NCBI GenBank assembly: GCA_030390025.1
Contig: CM059431.1
Coordinates: 99,760,001 to 99,824,000, forward strand
DNA from: Squalus acanthias
Lineage: Eukaryota
Length of the DNA stretch: 64,000 nucleotides
Direction: 5' to 3'
The position numbers were made by a program, and so were the translations under genes. The notes under the pieces were generated by a model that did not search any database, was not told the origin of the DNA, and was given only the letters and a program-made list of their open reading frames with translations. Below are positions 37,865-50,564 of the stretch, piece after piece (the stretch's first letter is position 1; each line of letters opens with the position of its first letter).

Positions 37865-38755
37865 CATAGAATCGCACAGCACAGAGGGAGGCCATTCGGC
37901 CCATCGTGCCTGTGCCAGCTCTTTGAAAGAACTCTCCAATTAGTCCCACTCCCCTGCTCTTTCCCCACAGCCCTGCAAATTTCTCACTTCACATTTTAGT
38001 ATTTATCCAATTCCCTTTTGAAAGTTACTATTGAATCTGCTTCCACCGCCCTTTCAGGCAGCGCATTCCAGATCACAACAACTCGCTGCATTAAAAGAAA
38101 TTCACAGAATCCCCACAGTGCAGATAGAGGCCATTTCGGCCCATCGAGCCTGCACTGACACATTTCCCACCCTATCCCCGCGTATTTAATCCCCCTAACA
38201 CTAAGGGTCAATTTATCATAGCCAAATCAACCTAACCCGCACATCTTTGGACTGTGGGAGGAAACCGGAGCACCTGGAGGAAACCCACGCAGACACGGGG
38301 AGAATGTGCAAACTCCACACAGACAGTCACCCGAGGCCGGATTCGAACCCGGGTCCCTGGTGCTGTGAGGTAACAGTGCTAACCACTATGCCACCGTGTT
38401 GCCCTCATCTCCTCATCTCCCCTCTGGTTCTTTTGCCAATTATCTTAAATCTGTGTCCTCATGTTACCGACCCTCCTGCCACTGGAAACAGTTCCTCCTT
38501 ATTTACTCTGTTAAAATCCTGCATAATTTTGAACACCTCTATCAAATCTCCTCTTAACCTTCTCTGCTCTAAGGAGAACAATCCCAGCTTCTCCAGTCTC
38601 TCCACATAACTGAAGTCCCTCATCCCTGGAACCATTCTAGTAAATCTCCTCTGCACCCTCTCCAAGGCCTTGACATCCTTCCTAAAGTGCGGTGCCCAGA
38701 ATTGGACCCAATACTCCAGCTGGGGCCTAACCAGTGATTTATAAAGGTTTTATCA
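37865..38755 (-). mobile_element. CR1 3' fragment interrupted by an HE1-type SINE
   Basis: ERVQRRFTRMVPG...RLRGDLIEVFK motif. Confidence 0.8.
38101..38403 (-). mobile_element. HE1-type V-SINE
   Basis: Very similar to 23322-23624 and includes the head (reverse gggcaacacggtggcatagtggttagc). Confidence 0.88.
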
Positions 38756-39818
38756 CAAAGTCCTTGCTGATGCCACTCCTTGACCCCAATGTCAGTAGGA
38801 ATCACTATCAAGTCAACTTTAATATGGATTAGATGCAGAGTGAAGTTCCTACTGTGCTGTGCAATAACGTGCTTAGGAAGAGCCACGAATGCTATCTTAG
38901 TGACTCGTAACGATTAGTGATCCTGTCAATTTTAAGTCAATTTAGGGGGTCAATTATGCTATCCTGTCGGCACAGTGCTCAGATCAATGCCTGCGCAGTC
39001 AGGTCAAACGGGCCACATGTCACTGGTAGCATAGCGCTGTATTGTCAACACAAAACTGTTGACAATACAGAATCCTGAAAAACGACGCGCTCTTTCGGAA
39101 GCCAATTTGCCGCTGCCGCCACTACCTCTGCCCGTGATGCGAGATCAGCTCATTGCGCCGCACGTAGCGATGTGCTGACAACACCGAGAGTGGGGTGGGA
39201 ACCAGAACTTGGGGTACCAACACCCGCCAAAGGGCCGTTGTGTACCCAGGGTCGCTGCTCAGCGAATGTTGGCAGCATTTTCTGTGGGGTACGAGGGTGG
39301 GGGGCGGCGGTGGGAGGGGAGTCGTGCAGGCAATATAGCGTGGGCAAGCTAGCTGCATGAGAGCCACAAAACTAGGGAGTTAAAACAGAAAGAACAGAGT
39401 CTTAATTTCATACAATCAACCGGTATAGAAGGAGGCTATTCGGCCCATCGTGCCTGTGCCGGCTCTTTGAAAGAGCTCTCCAATTAGACCCACTCCCCCC
39501 TGCTCTTTCCCCAGAGTCCTGCAAATGTTTCCTTTACAAGTATTGATCCAATTTATTGTGGCACCTGCCCTCTTTCGTGGCTTTATGGTTGTTGGAGCAC
39601 AATTCCAAATTTGATTGCGGGTACATGATGAGACTGATGTCCACATTCAGTCAAACCCTTCATCTGATAGCATTAACAAAATAATTTAATTTGAATAATT
39701 CTGACGGCTCTGAATCAGTTCTTTCCTGCCCATGTGCGGTGAGCAGGGTCTACAGATTGGAGGCATGGGTAGGACAGGCTTGCTTCATTTAAGATGCGCC
39801 ATGCACTTGTAAAACACT

Positions 39819-40564
39819 GGGCCAAATTTTGCTGGAGCGGGGCATCTCGCGGCGTTGCCCGGTCAGTTCGACTTCTTCCCTCGCCCTCCAGCTCGAATAT
39901 AATTTGCCCTGTAATTTGCTGACAGTGCGAGCTGATAACGGCGCAGCGAGGGCAACAGGGCATCTGGGACCTCAGTGAACGACGGGACCAACAGTCTATC
40001 TCCTCAACCACTGAGAGTACAGGATTGAGAAAGAAACAGAGGAATGATGGAGCAGTAAATCGGGCGAATTAGAGTCAAATCAGGTACAGAAAGAGAAAGA
40101 AAGAGAGGGAAAGAGAGATTGGATTAAAAGAGAGAGAAAACAGAGACACATTTTTAAATTTAGAATTTTTTAAATCTCTAAGAAGAATTTACTACCTGCA
40201 GGAATGAGATTGAACAGTTTAAATTGTTCCCTTTCTGGGCCAGCAAGGTTGATTGACATCGCACTAACAATTATCCTGGTTAAAAGGGTACTTACGCTAT
40301 TAATTTCCAGCCCTAACTTTCTGCGGCGAGTTTAATGGGCAATTAATGCGCGAATCCAGCAAGTTGTTAAAAATACCGGGGAGGCTGAGGCCGAGATGAC
40401 ATTTGTGAGAAGCAAACAGCGGAGCGACGTAAATCCACCAGCGAGTTCTGGAGATTCACAACTCACGGTGTATGTCCCCCTCCCCTGAACTCGCTGGCCG
40501 ATTTACGCATTAATAACAGCGTGCGTCGTTAACACACTTTTACTGTTCCAGCAAGATTCGGCCC
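39819..40564. mobile_element. Non-autonomous PIF/Harbinger-type element F (746 bp)
   Basis: 18-bp TIRs gggccaaattttgctgga / tccagcaagattcggccc (2 mismatches); flanks ACT/ATT. Confidence 0.75.
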
Positions 40565-41027
40565 ATTCGGTTTTAGTGCCTTAACTCTTAGTAAAGTACA
40601 ACTGACAGTGTTTGTTTGTTTTCGTTGGCCAGGTGAGGCAGCTACCTTTATCTCCATGTGAAACAAAAGTATTTCTGTGTTTATGTTGTACAAGTCAAGT
40701 TATAAATGCTGTGCTCCTGTGGTCTAATAACTTCATGCTCTGGCATACTCAATGCCTAAAGAAAAAATCAATGCGAACTTTTGTCATTGATTAAGCAGGT
40801 TCCAGTATGGAAGTACAATGACAGTTACACCCATAAATCAGAATCATCATTAGTGACTGCTTTATGCCAAAAAATAAAATGAATCTGTATTTGTCGATTG
40901 AAAACCTAATCAATTTAAATCCTGGGAGTTTGTATTACAATTCTGTAAACAAACTGCAAAAATCTCCAACAGAATCCTCTCAGTCCTTAAACCATAGCTT
41001 TGCGCTAATCTAAGGATTAATTTAGGT

Positions 41028-41500
41028 GTTAGCCGTGGCTCAGTGGGCAGCACTCTCAGCCTCTGACGTCAGTAGATTGTGGGTTCATGTCCCACTCCAG
41101 GGACTTGAGTACAAAAATCAAGGCTGACTCTCCCAGTTGAGAACTGAGGGAGCGCTGCACTGTCGGAGGTGCCGTCTTTCAGATGAGACGTTAAACCAAG
41201 GCCCTTGTCTGCTCTCTCGGGTGGATGTAAAAGATCCCACGGCCACTATTTCAAAGAAGAGCAGGGGAGTTCTCCCCGGTGTCCTGGGGCCAATATTTAT
41301 CCCTCAATCAACATCATTAAAACAGATTATCTGGTCATTATCACATTGCTGTTTGTGGGAGCTTGCTGTGCGTAAATTGGCTGCCGCGTTTCCCACATTA
41401 CAGCAGTGACCGCACTTCAAACTAGTACCTCATTGGTTGTAAAGCGCTTAGAGATGCCCTGGGGTGGTGAAAAGCGCTATAGAAATGCGAGTCTGTCTTT
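41028..41500 (+). mobile_element. Full-length DeuSINE with unexpanded unit
   Basis: A-box-like tggctcagtggg, B-box-like ggttcatgtcc, Deu domain and L2-like tail gcgctatagaaatgc. Confidence 0.88.
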
Positions 41501-42216
41501 TTTTTTTAATTTGGGCAATAACTTAGTAAACAACGATACATCCTTTCTGTAACCAAAACAGTCTTATAGTTTATATTAATTTCAATGGCATCTCATTTTG
41601 CAACATTCCGCACATCCCTGTTTTGTCAGTAGAGCAGCAATGAGGTTTTATCTCTTCTTCCTCCTAAGCCCCAAAACATCTCATTGGATGCTCTTACTCC
41701 TCGTTATCTCTTCAATGTGTTCAAATTACTGTCTCCTTCTCCAACTCCTTCTTTTCCAAATCCCCTCCTTCCATCAGTCTTCCTTTTTTCATACTTTCTA
41801 CTGACCTTGTGAACTCCTATTTAGTGCGGGGGTGGGGCGGACATTTCTTGGGGGGGGTTGCTAGGGGAGCGAAAGACGTTTCTCCTGAATTCCCAATTGG
41901 GTTTATTACTGACTGTCTTATATTTATGGCCAAGGAGTGTTGCACCTTTCCAGTCTGAGGTACCCCTAAATTTAGTGTGCTGTGGGGGTCAGTTAACATG
42001 GGGTCAGTTCCCCCAGCCCCCCACCCCACCAACCCCCAGCAGAGATCCAACATCAGAGGACAATCACACTACTTCAAGACCTTTGCGCCTGGGGAATAGG
42101 CTGAGGGGCGACCTGATAGAAGTCTTTAAAATTAGGACGGGGTTTCATAGGGTAGACGTAAAGATGATGTTTCCACTTGTAGGAGAGACCAAAACTAGGG
42201 GCCATAAATATAAGAT

Positions 42217-42665
42217 AAAGAAAGAAAGACTTGCATTTCTATATCGCCTTTCACGACCACCGGACGTCTCAAAGTGTTTTACAGCCAATGAAGTACTTTT
42301 TTGAAGTGTAGTCACTGTTGTAATGTGGGAAACGTGACAACCAATTTGCGCACAGCAAGCTCCCACAAACAGCAATGTGATAATGACCAGATAATCTGTT
42401 TTAGTGATGTTGGTTGAGGGATAAATATTGGCCCCAGGACACCGGGGATAACTCCCCTGCTCTTCTTCGAAATAGTGCCATGGGATCTTTTACGTCCACC
42501 TGAGAGGGCAGACGGGGCCTCGGTTTAACGTCTCATCTGAAGGACAGCACCTCCGACAGTGCAGCGCTCCCTCAGTACTGCACTGGGAGTGTCAGCCTAG
42601 CTTTATGTGCTCAAGTCCCTGGAGTGGGACTTGAACCCACAACCTTCTGACTCAGAGGCGAGTGT
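42217..42665 (-). mobile_element. DeuSINE (single unit) inserted in a CR1 3' fragment (42098-42956)
   Basis: Near-consensus SINE; host CR1 resumes at agatagtcactaataaatcc. Confidence 0.85.
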
Positions 42666-44699
42666 GACTAATAGATCGGAGATAGTCACTAATAAATCCA
42701 ATAGGGGATTCAGGAGAAACTTCTTTACCCAGAGAGTGGTGAGAATGTGGAACTCGCTACCCAGGGAGTGGTTGAGGCGAATAGCAAAGATGCATTTAAG
42801 GGGAAGCTGGATAAACACATGAGGGAGAAAGGAATAGAAGGATATGCTGATAAGGTGAGATGAAGAGGGGTGGGTGGTGTGGAGCAGAAACACCGGCACG
42901 GACCAGTTGGGCCGAATGGCCTCTTTCTGTGCGGTATGCTCTGTGTGATTCTATGAACCCGTCCAGTGCTCAGAATCAGAGCCTCCAGGAAAATGGCCCC
43001 AGCATCTTCAATCCACATCTTCTCTCCTCGGTGATGTCTCGCACTTTGGGTCTTGGGTTTTCACCTTGGTTTCTCAACAGTTAAAAAAAAAATGGGAGGA
43101 TATGCTTTTCATTTAAAAGGAAAAACAGCCAAACTTTAGGCAAACTATTAACTGATAATCTAAAAAAAAACCATAGAATGTACAGCACAGAAACAGGCCA
43201 TTCGGCCCAACTGGTCCGTGCTGGTGTTTCTGCTCCCACCCCTCTTCATCTCACCCTATCAGCATATCCTTCTATTCCTTTCTCCCTTATGTGTTTATCC
43301 AGCTTCCCCTTAAAGAAGTTTCTCCTGAATTCTTTATTGGGTTTATTAGTGACTATCTTATATTTATGGCCCCTAATTTTGGACTCCCTCCACCCGGCCG
43401 TCTCCCCCCGCCCCCCTCCCCCCCCCCCCCCCCCCCCCCCCGCCTCCCACACACACACACATTTTCCAAGTTCCTTTGGATTTATAGTTTTCCTATTTTG
43501 AGAGGTGTAAGGAATTCAGTTTCCAGCCTTTGGCACATGATCATCGTTACCCTAATGCTTTCCCAAGACCTTTTCCTCTTTCTCAGACCTGCAGCCAGTC
43601 AACAAAGCTTTAAATCTCTGGCCTAGATCTATCACGGTGTATTAGGACAAATTATTGGGCGACAGGTCTGTATGTGAACATGTCTTTCATGCCCAGTTTT
43701 ACCATATGCACTTTTTAAACGCTCGCTCCCTTCTGAATCCATAAATGTAAAACCGAAACGGCTGAGTAAATTAAACTTGAAGAACACCCTCCTGGGGCTC
43801 TTTAGCTTCATGGTATTTTGATGCCCAGGGCAGGTGCAGCCCTGTAAATATTGGCTGTTGCTCTCTCTTGCCAACAAGAAAAAAATAGCATGTTATGTGC
43901 AGCATTCCAATGCGCACAAGTGAATTCAGTGCAATAAATATACAGGGCAGAGAAAACTCGCACAGTTGCCTTCATTTTGTTATTGTATCATTGGTTCCTG
44001 CTTGCTCGTTCCTGATTGCACACAGAACTACTGTGGGACACAGCAAGGAAGATGTGGGAGATATTGAAATATGACTTTGATTTCCATTTGCCAGGTGCCC
44101 AGATGATTTATGGATCAGGGTCTGTCACGTATTTCACTCTCCTCCAACAGTGTTTGACACCAGAGCTCTTTCATACTAAAACAAGCTCGAGTGTTAATCG
44201 GGCTGATTTCCCTCTCATATGTGCCCGGGGAGTAAACATACCAACAATGATTGACAGAAAAAGACGCTCGGGTCTATCCAGCCTGTCCCATGCAATTGTG
44301 ATGTCTTGTCTATCACAATATCTACACTCTCCACCCCACCCAAAACCCTGTGATCTCCTGCGAGAAACCAGATTAAAAACCCAGGCCAATTTACATCGAA
44401 TTTTACAGCACAGAAACAGGCCATTCGGCCCAACTGGTCCGTGTCGGTGTTTATGCTCCACATGAGCCTCCTCCCGCCCCTCTTCATCTCACCCTATCTG
44501 ACAACCTTCCATTCCTTTCTCCCTCATGTGCTTATCTAGTTTTCCCTGAAATGCATCTTTGCTATTCGCCTCAACCACTCCTGTGGTGGGGAGGAAAAAT
44601 CTGGGGAATTCCTCTCCGCCCCCCCCCCCTCCCCCCTACTACCCAATCCACAGGTGATCGAAACTAGTCCAGGAGATCACTCTGGACCTGAATTCCCTG

Positions 44700-45380
44700 C
44701 AGCTCCTCCCAAGGTGATCTCTGCCCAGCCAGATGACCTCACACTTCCCCACATTGAGCTCCATCTGCCACAGTTCTTGTCCACTCACTGAATCTGTCGA
44801 TGTCCCTTTGCAACTTCCTGCTCTGTTCCACACAACTTACTGTGCCTCCTATCTTAGTGTCATCCACAGACAGGGATCTACAACTCTCTGTTCCTTCAGC
44901 CAAGTCATTAACATATATGGTGAAAAACTGAGTACAGATCCCTGGGAGAACACGCATCCCGCCAATCAGAGAATGAAACATTTATCCATACTTTCTGTCT
45001 CCTATCTTCCAACCAATTACCAACCCATGCCACAAGGTTACCTCCAATTCTGTGCGCTCTCATTTTTGCAAATAACCTCTTGTGTGGAACCTTAGCAAAT
45101 CCCTTCTGGAAGTCCATATGGAAAACATCCGTAGACACTTTCTGACCACCATGCTGGTGATCGCCTGAAAATAAATGGACTAGATTAGTCAAATGTGACC
45201 TGCCCTTCACAAATCCATGGTGACTCTCGTTGATCAGCCCATACTTGTCCAAGAGCTCAGTCATTCTGTCACTGAGGAGAGATTCCACTAACTTCCTCAT
45301 CAGTGATATCAAGCTGAGGGGTCTGTAGTTACCTGATTCCTTCCTCCATTCCTCTCTTAAATAACGGACTGACATTTGCA
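44700..45380 (-). mobile_element. Old CR1 RT fragment
   Basis: GNYRPLSL, HHGFVKGRS and DFQKGFAKVPHKRL motifs, degenerate. Confidence 0.75.
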
Positions 45381-45420
45381 ATTTGCCAGCTCTTCACCTC
45401 ATTTTCCTCTCCAACCCTAG

Positions 45421-45797
45421 AAGTGTTGCAGTGTGTACCATCTACAAGATGCACTGCAGCAACTCGCCAAGGCTTCTCCGGCAGCACCTCCCAAACCCGC
45501 AGCCTCTACCACCTAGAAGGACAAGGGCAGCAGGCGTATGGGAACACCGCCACCTCCAAGTTCCCCTCCAAGTCACACACCATCCTGACTTAGAGATATA
45601 TCGTCGATCCTTCATCGTCGCTGGGTCAAAATCCTGGAACTCCCTCCCTAACAGCACTGTGGGAGCACCTTCACCACACGGACTGCAGCGGTTCAAGAAG
45701 GCGGCTTACCACCACCTTCTCAAAGGCAATTAGGGATGGGCAATAAATGCTGGCTTTGCCAGCGACGCCCACATCCCATGAACGACTGAAAAAAAAG
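45421..45797 (+). mobile_element. LINE family 2, 3' fragment
   Basis: Same 3' end as 24560-24920. Confidence 0.8.
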
Positions 45798-45876
45798 GGT
45801 GTCCATTTTGAGGCTGCCCAGAAGCAGTGAGCCTCTGCTTAGCATAAAGGGATGATAAACCTTTATAAAACACCTA

Positions 45877-48380
45877 GGCCGCGAAATTCAGGGGTTTAGA
45901 GTCGGCTGGTTTTGCTGAAGAAATGGCGGCCGCCTCGCTTCTGCCCGCTTCCGGCGGGTCCCGCGGCGGCCGCCATTTTGGGGAGGTCGGTTGCACTGCC
46001 AGCGCTCGTTCCACATATTTAGGTGAGGCAGATCGTGACATCAATGAGTGTGCAAGGCTGATTTGGCACATGATTTGCCATTTTGGACGTCGGCGCTCCA
46101 TTTAACGCCCTCCCCTAATCACGACCAGCTGAACGTGCGTTCAGCAGCAGGAAGGACCCCCAGCAGTGTTAGAGTCATACAGCACAGAAAGAGGCCCTTC
46201 GGCCCATCGTGTCCGCGCCGGCCATCAAGCCCTGTCTATTCTAATCCCATTTTCCAGCACTTGGTCCGTAGCCTTGTATGCTATGGCGTTTCAAGTGCTC
46301 ATCTAAATGCTTCTTGAATGTTGTGAGGGTTCCTGCCTCTACCACCCTTTCAGGCAGTGAGTTCCAGATTCCAACCACCCTCTGGGTGAAAAAGTTTTTC
46401 CTCAAATCCCCTCTAAACCTCCTGCCCCTTACCTTGAAACTATGCCCCCTGGTTATTGACCCCTTTACTAAGGGGAAAAGTTCCTTTCTATCTACCCTAT
46501 CTATGCCCCTCATAATTTTGTACACCTCAATCAGGTCCCCCCCTCCTCAGCCTTCTCTGCTCTAAGAAAAACAACCCCAGCCTGTCCAGTCTGTCTTCAT
46601 AGCTGAAGCGCTGCAGCCCAGGTAACATCCTGGTGAATCTCCTCTGCACCCTCTCCAATGCAATCACATCCCTCCTATAGTGTGGCGACCAGAACTGCAC
46701 ACAGTATTCCAGCTGTGGCCTAACTAGCGTTTTGTACAGCTCCAGCATAACCTCCCTGCTTATTTAAAGGGATCATCAACAACTTGGAACTGAGTTGCTT
46801 TTTCGGCTCTACTGGCTCTGTCTAAGTTTGTGCAACTGTTTGGAGCTTTCTCGAGTTGCTTAAAGTTGCTGAGGTGACAGGGAGTCACTGCCACTCCTGC
46901 CGGGGTGGCGCTTCAGCGTTCCTAGCCATCTGTTGGAGCACAGATTGCTGGCCTGCTGTGACACCTTGCGAGCCCCTTTCCACACTCGTAAACCCAGCCA
47001 CGATGGCAGCAAGCAGAGGCTGCAGGAGAGCAGTCTGAGCTTCCACTGCCGCACTGAGATGTTGAGAGTCGCTGCCCCCCCCGGTGCTGCAATGGAGGCT
47101 GTGAGATCGCCCATCACACCCAGCATCATCGCTGGTTCCAGAGGGTCTCTCATGGAGTTGTCCATCATTTCCATCCGGGAGACCACGGGCTCCAAGCTCT
47201 GCGCAAAAACCGCGTGCAGTGTTGGAGCCGGACTCCTCCACGCTCTTTGGCACTGACAAGAAGCTCTCTGGCAGGCTTGCCATTGCGCCAAGCATTTCCG
47301 TGTGCATGCCCATCACCCTTCTTCTGAACGCTGCCCCATCGAGCTCATCATCTGAGTCCTGTGGAGCAGAACTCACGTATGAACTCACCCTCCGGGGAGC
47401 TGGCACCTGAGCTACCATTTCCCCCTGGCCTGGCTGCAGCCCACTCGTGCCCGGTGACTCACCGCGTGCAGATCCCTCTTCTATACTACCCTCTAAAGTA
47501 CGCGCAGTGCCATTTTCTGAGCTGGTGTCTGTGAGTGACAGATCCAGTGCCGCTGTCTCTTCTCCTCCATCACTCTCCTCCACAACTTCCGGATCAGGCT
47601 GGCCAGGTTGCAGTTCTTGGGTATCTGAAAGCAGAAAGGCACAAGGGTCGGGTTGTGGTGAGGGGAAGGGGGAAAGCAAGATGTGCATGCTTACACCATC
47701 AGCAGCTTGTAAGTGAGAAGAGATTGTAGGATGAGAGGGAAGTGGGATGTGAGAAGAAGGATTAGGTATGAGCATACCGTCATCATCAGCGACACTTTCC
47801 ACTTCTCTGCCCGCCACGGGTTCTGTCGCAGCCGCTCCAGTGATGTCCAGCACTGCTTCCTCCAGGTCCATCAGGTTGCAAAGTCTTGCTTGGCTGCTTC
47901 CTGTCTACTGTTGCTCTCTCCGGTTGTGTTCCACCTTGGCCTGCAAGAGAAAGGGAAGTATGTCAGTGAGTGTGGTGCAATGTGTTTGGGTCATGTGCCT
48001 GCCATGATTGAACAGCTGAATAGCTGGCAGTGTGTGCAAGGTGTGAGATGTGGGTGTGAGTATTGCAGCAGTGGTAAGTGTGTGAGGGTGAAGTGAAGCT
48101 ATGATTGTGATATATGAGTCGTGTTCGGTAGAGATAGTTGGTGGGTGAGTGCTGGGGGTGTGGGGCATTGAGCAGTGTGTGAGGTTTGGGGTACAGATGG
48201 TGGGATATGGCATTTGCTGAAGCCTTCACTCACCTTGACCACTAGTGCAAGATCATTAAACTTTTTGCAGCACTGGATCCAGGTCCTGGGGACAACAGTT
48301 GTCACAGTGACAGATGGAGCAATCTCCTCCCAGATCCTTCTTGTGGTCAACCTTGAAGGCCTCTTGCCCCCATGCGGGTA
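45877..48380 (-). mobile_element. Harbinger deletion derivative E (one terminus plus Myb/SANT gene, no transposase)
   Basis: Begins ggccgcgaaattc, the reverse homologue of the right end of D; joins Myb exon 3 at about 46875; CR1 3' fragment inserted at about 46170-46760. Confidence 0.85.
46875..48380 (-). pseudogene. Harbinger Myb/SANT-like gene remnant
   Basis: IWEEIA...RTWIQCCKKFNDL motif; GT-AG introns 48233-47941 and 47777-47625 at the same positions as in D; 5' and 3' truncated. Confidence 0.85.
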
Positions 48381-48811
48381 TAGGATGTCCTGACATCATT
48401 GGACCCCCAGGACCAAGGCATCAGAAAATTGTTTCGCCCTTTCTTTCAGCTGGCATTGTACGGAAAGAGAAGCTGGACTCATGGCTTCTGGCCAACATTG
48501 AAAGGTGTTACTGTTGCTTGTCGATTGCTGTAAAGTTTCTACATCTAAGGCTGAGAAACTATCACGCATGTTGTTCAGTTCAAAAAGGCTGCCTTATAAG
48601 GAAGTATTTTAGTGAGGTACTAACAACATGGCAACCAGAGAAACACAATTGTTATTTCACAGTGTCCATTGCCACCACTTTGTCAGCCAATGAGTTGGAA
48701 GCGGGTTGGGACATATGGCAGGACTCACAGCAAACAGTCTATTTTACAGTAAAGAGTCTATTGACTATAGCATTGAAAGGGTTGAGAAGTACCTGTACAT
48801 TGTGGCAGCAA

Positions 48812-50242
48812 GTGCCAGGAGAGAGAAAACGGGGAACTACAGACCAGTTAGCCTGACATCAGTAGTAGGGAAAATGCTAGAATCTATTCTTAGGAAGTGG
48901 TAACAGGGCACTTAGAAAATAATAATAGGATTGGGCAGAGTCAACACGGATTTATGAAAGGGAAATCGTTTTCGAAAAATCTGTTAGCGTTTTTTGAGGT
49001 TGTAACTAGCAGAATAGATAAGGGGGAACCAGTGGATGTGGTGTATTTCGATTTTCAGAAGGCATTCGATAAGATGTCACACAAGAGGTGATCAAACAAA
49101 ATTAGGGCTCAGGAGATTGGGGGTGATATACTAGCATGGGTTGAGGATTGGTTAACGGGCAGAAAACAGAGAGTAGAAATAAACGGGTTATTTTTGGGTT
49201 GGCAGACTGTAACTAGTGGGGTACCTCAAGGATCAGTGCTTGAGCCTCAGCTATTCACAATCTATATCAATGATTTGGATGAGGGGACCAAATGTAATAT
49301 ATCCAAGTTTGCTGATGATACAAAGCTGGGTGGGAATGTAAGTTGTGAGGAGGATGCAAGGAGGCTTCAAGGGGATGTAGACAGGCTCGGTGAGTGGGCA
49401 AGAACATGGCAAATGGAATATAATGTGGGGAAATGTGAAGTTATCCACTTTGGTAGGAAAAATAGAAAAGTAGAGTATTTTTTAAATGGTGAGAGATTGG
49501 GAAATGTTGGTGTTCAGAGGGACTTGGGTGTCCTTGTAGACCAATCACTGAAAGTTAACATGCAGGTACAGCAAGCAATTAGGAAAGCAAATGATATGTT
49601 GGCCTTTATTACAAGAGGATTTGAGTATAAGAGTAAAGACGTCTTACTGCAATTACATAGGGCCCTGGTGAGACCAGACCTGGAGTATTGTGTACAGTTT
49701 TGGTCTCCTTACCTAAGGAAGGATATACTTGCCATAGAGGGAGTGCAACGAAGGTTCACCAGACTGGCTCCTGGGATGGGGAGATTGTCCTACGAGGACA
49801 GATTGAGTAAACTAGGCCTATATTCTTTAGAGTTTAGAAGAATCAGAGGTGATCTCATTGAAACATACAAAATTCTTACAGGGCTTGACATGGTAGATGC
49901 AGGGAGGATGTTTCCCTTGGCTGGGGCATCTAGAACCAGGGGTCACAGTCTCAGAATAAGGGGTCGGCTATTTCGGACTGAGATGAGGAGAAATTTCTTC
50001 ACTCAGAGGGTGGTGGATCTTTGGAATTCTCTACCCCAGAGGGCTGTGGAGGCTCAGTCGTTGAGTATATTCAAGACAGAGATCGATAGATTTTTGAATA
50101 TTAAGGGAATCAAGGGATATGGAGATAGTGCAGGAAAGTGGAGATGAGGTAGAAGATCAGCCATGATCTCATTGAATGGCGGAGCAGGCTCGAAGGGCCA
50201 AATGGCCGACTCCTGCTCCTATTTCATATGTTCTTATGTTCT
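48812..50242 (+). mobile_element. CR1 LINE, 5'-truncated
   Basis: ORF 49194-50147 with GVPQGSVL, FADD and the ORF2 C-terminus; (ttcttatg)n tail. Confidence 0.92.
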
Positions 50243-50564
50243 TGACTCACAACAACAAAAACCGCAGGCAATCCGTGATTTACATCTTCTTTAGGAACGT
50301 GCTTCTTGCAGGGGAACCTCCTGGGTAGGACACAGACACAATGATGTCGAGAGCTGCTCTTATAAGAAGAATTTGTAAATCCTGAGAAATGAGACTTCAG
50401 GTAATTCATTATGGCTCTTGTTCTTGAGGGGAATGTGTGCTGATCTTCAGCAGCAAACTTCCTAGACAGACTATAACCTCCAAATGAAACGTTGGATATG
50501 CTGAGAATGTGATTCTTTCTTTCTCTTTCCCTTCCTCTCCAATTTTCTTAACCAAGTCTTGTTA

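Noticed and set aside
41028..41110. tRNA gene (also the SINE heads near 23570-23624 and 38330-38403)
   Set aside because: A and B boxes continue into SINE bodies; no complete cloverleaf seen.
43405..43460. Poly-proline or poly-glycine coding tract
   Set aside because: A poly-C run plus (CA)n next to a CR1 fragment.
50295..50400. Coding exon between a good AG acceptor and a GTAATT donor
   Set aside because: Stops in all three frames; isolated splice-like pairs are common by chance.
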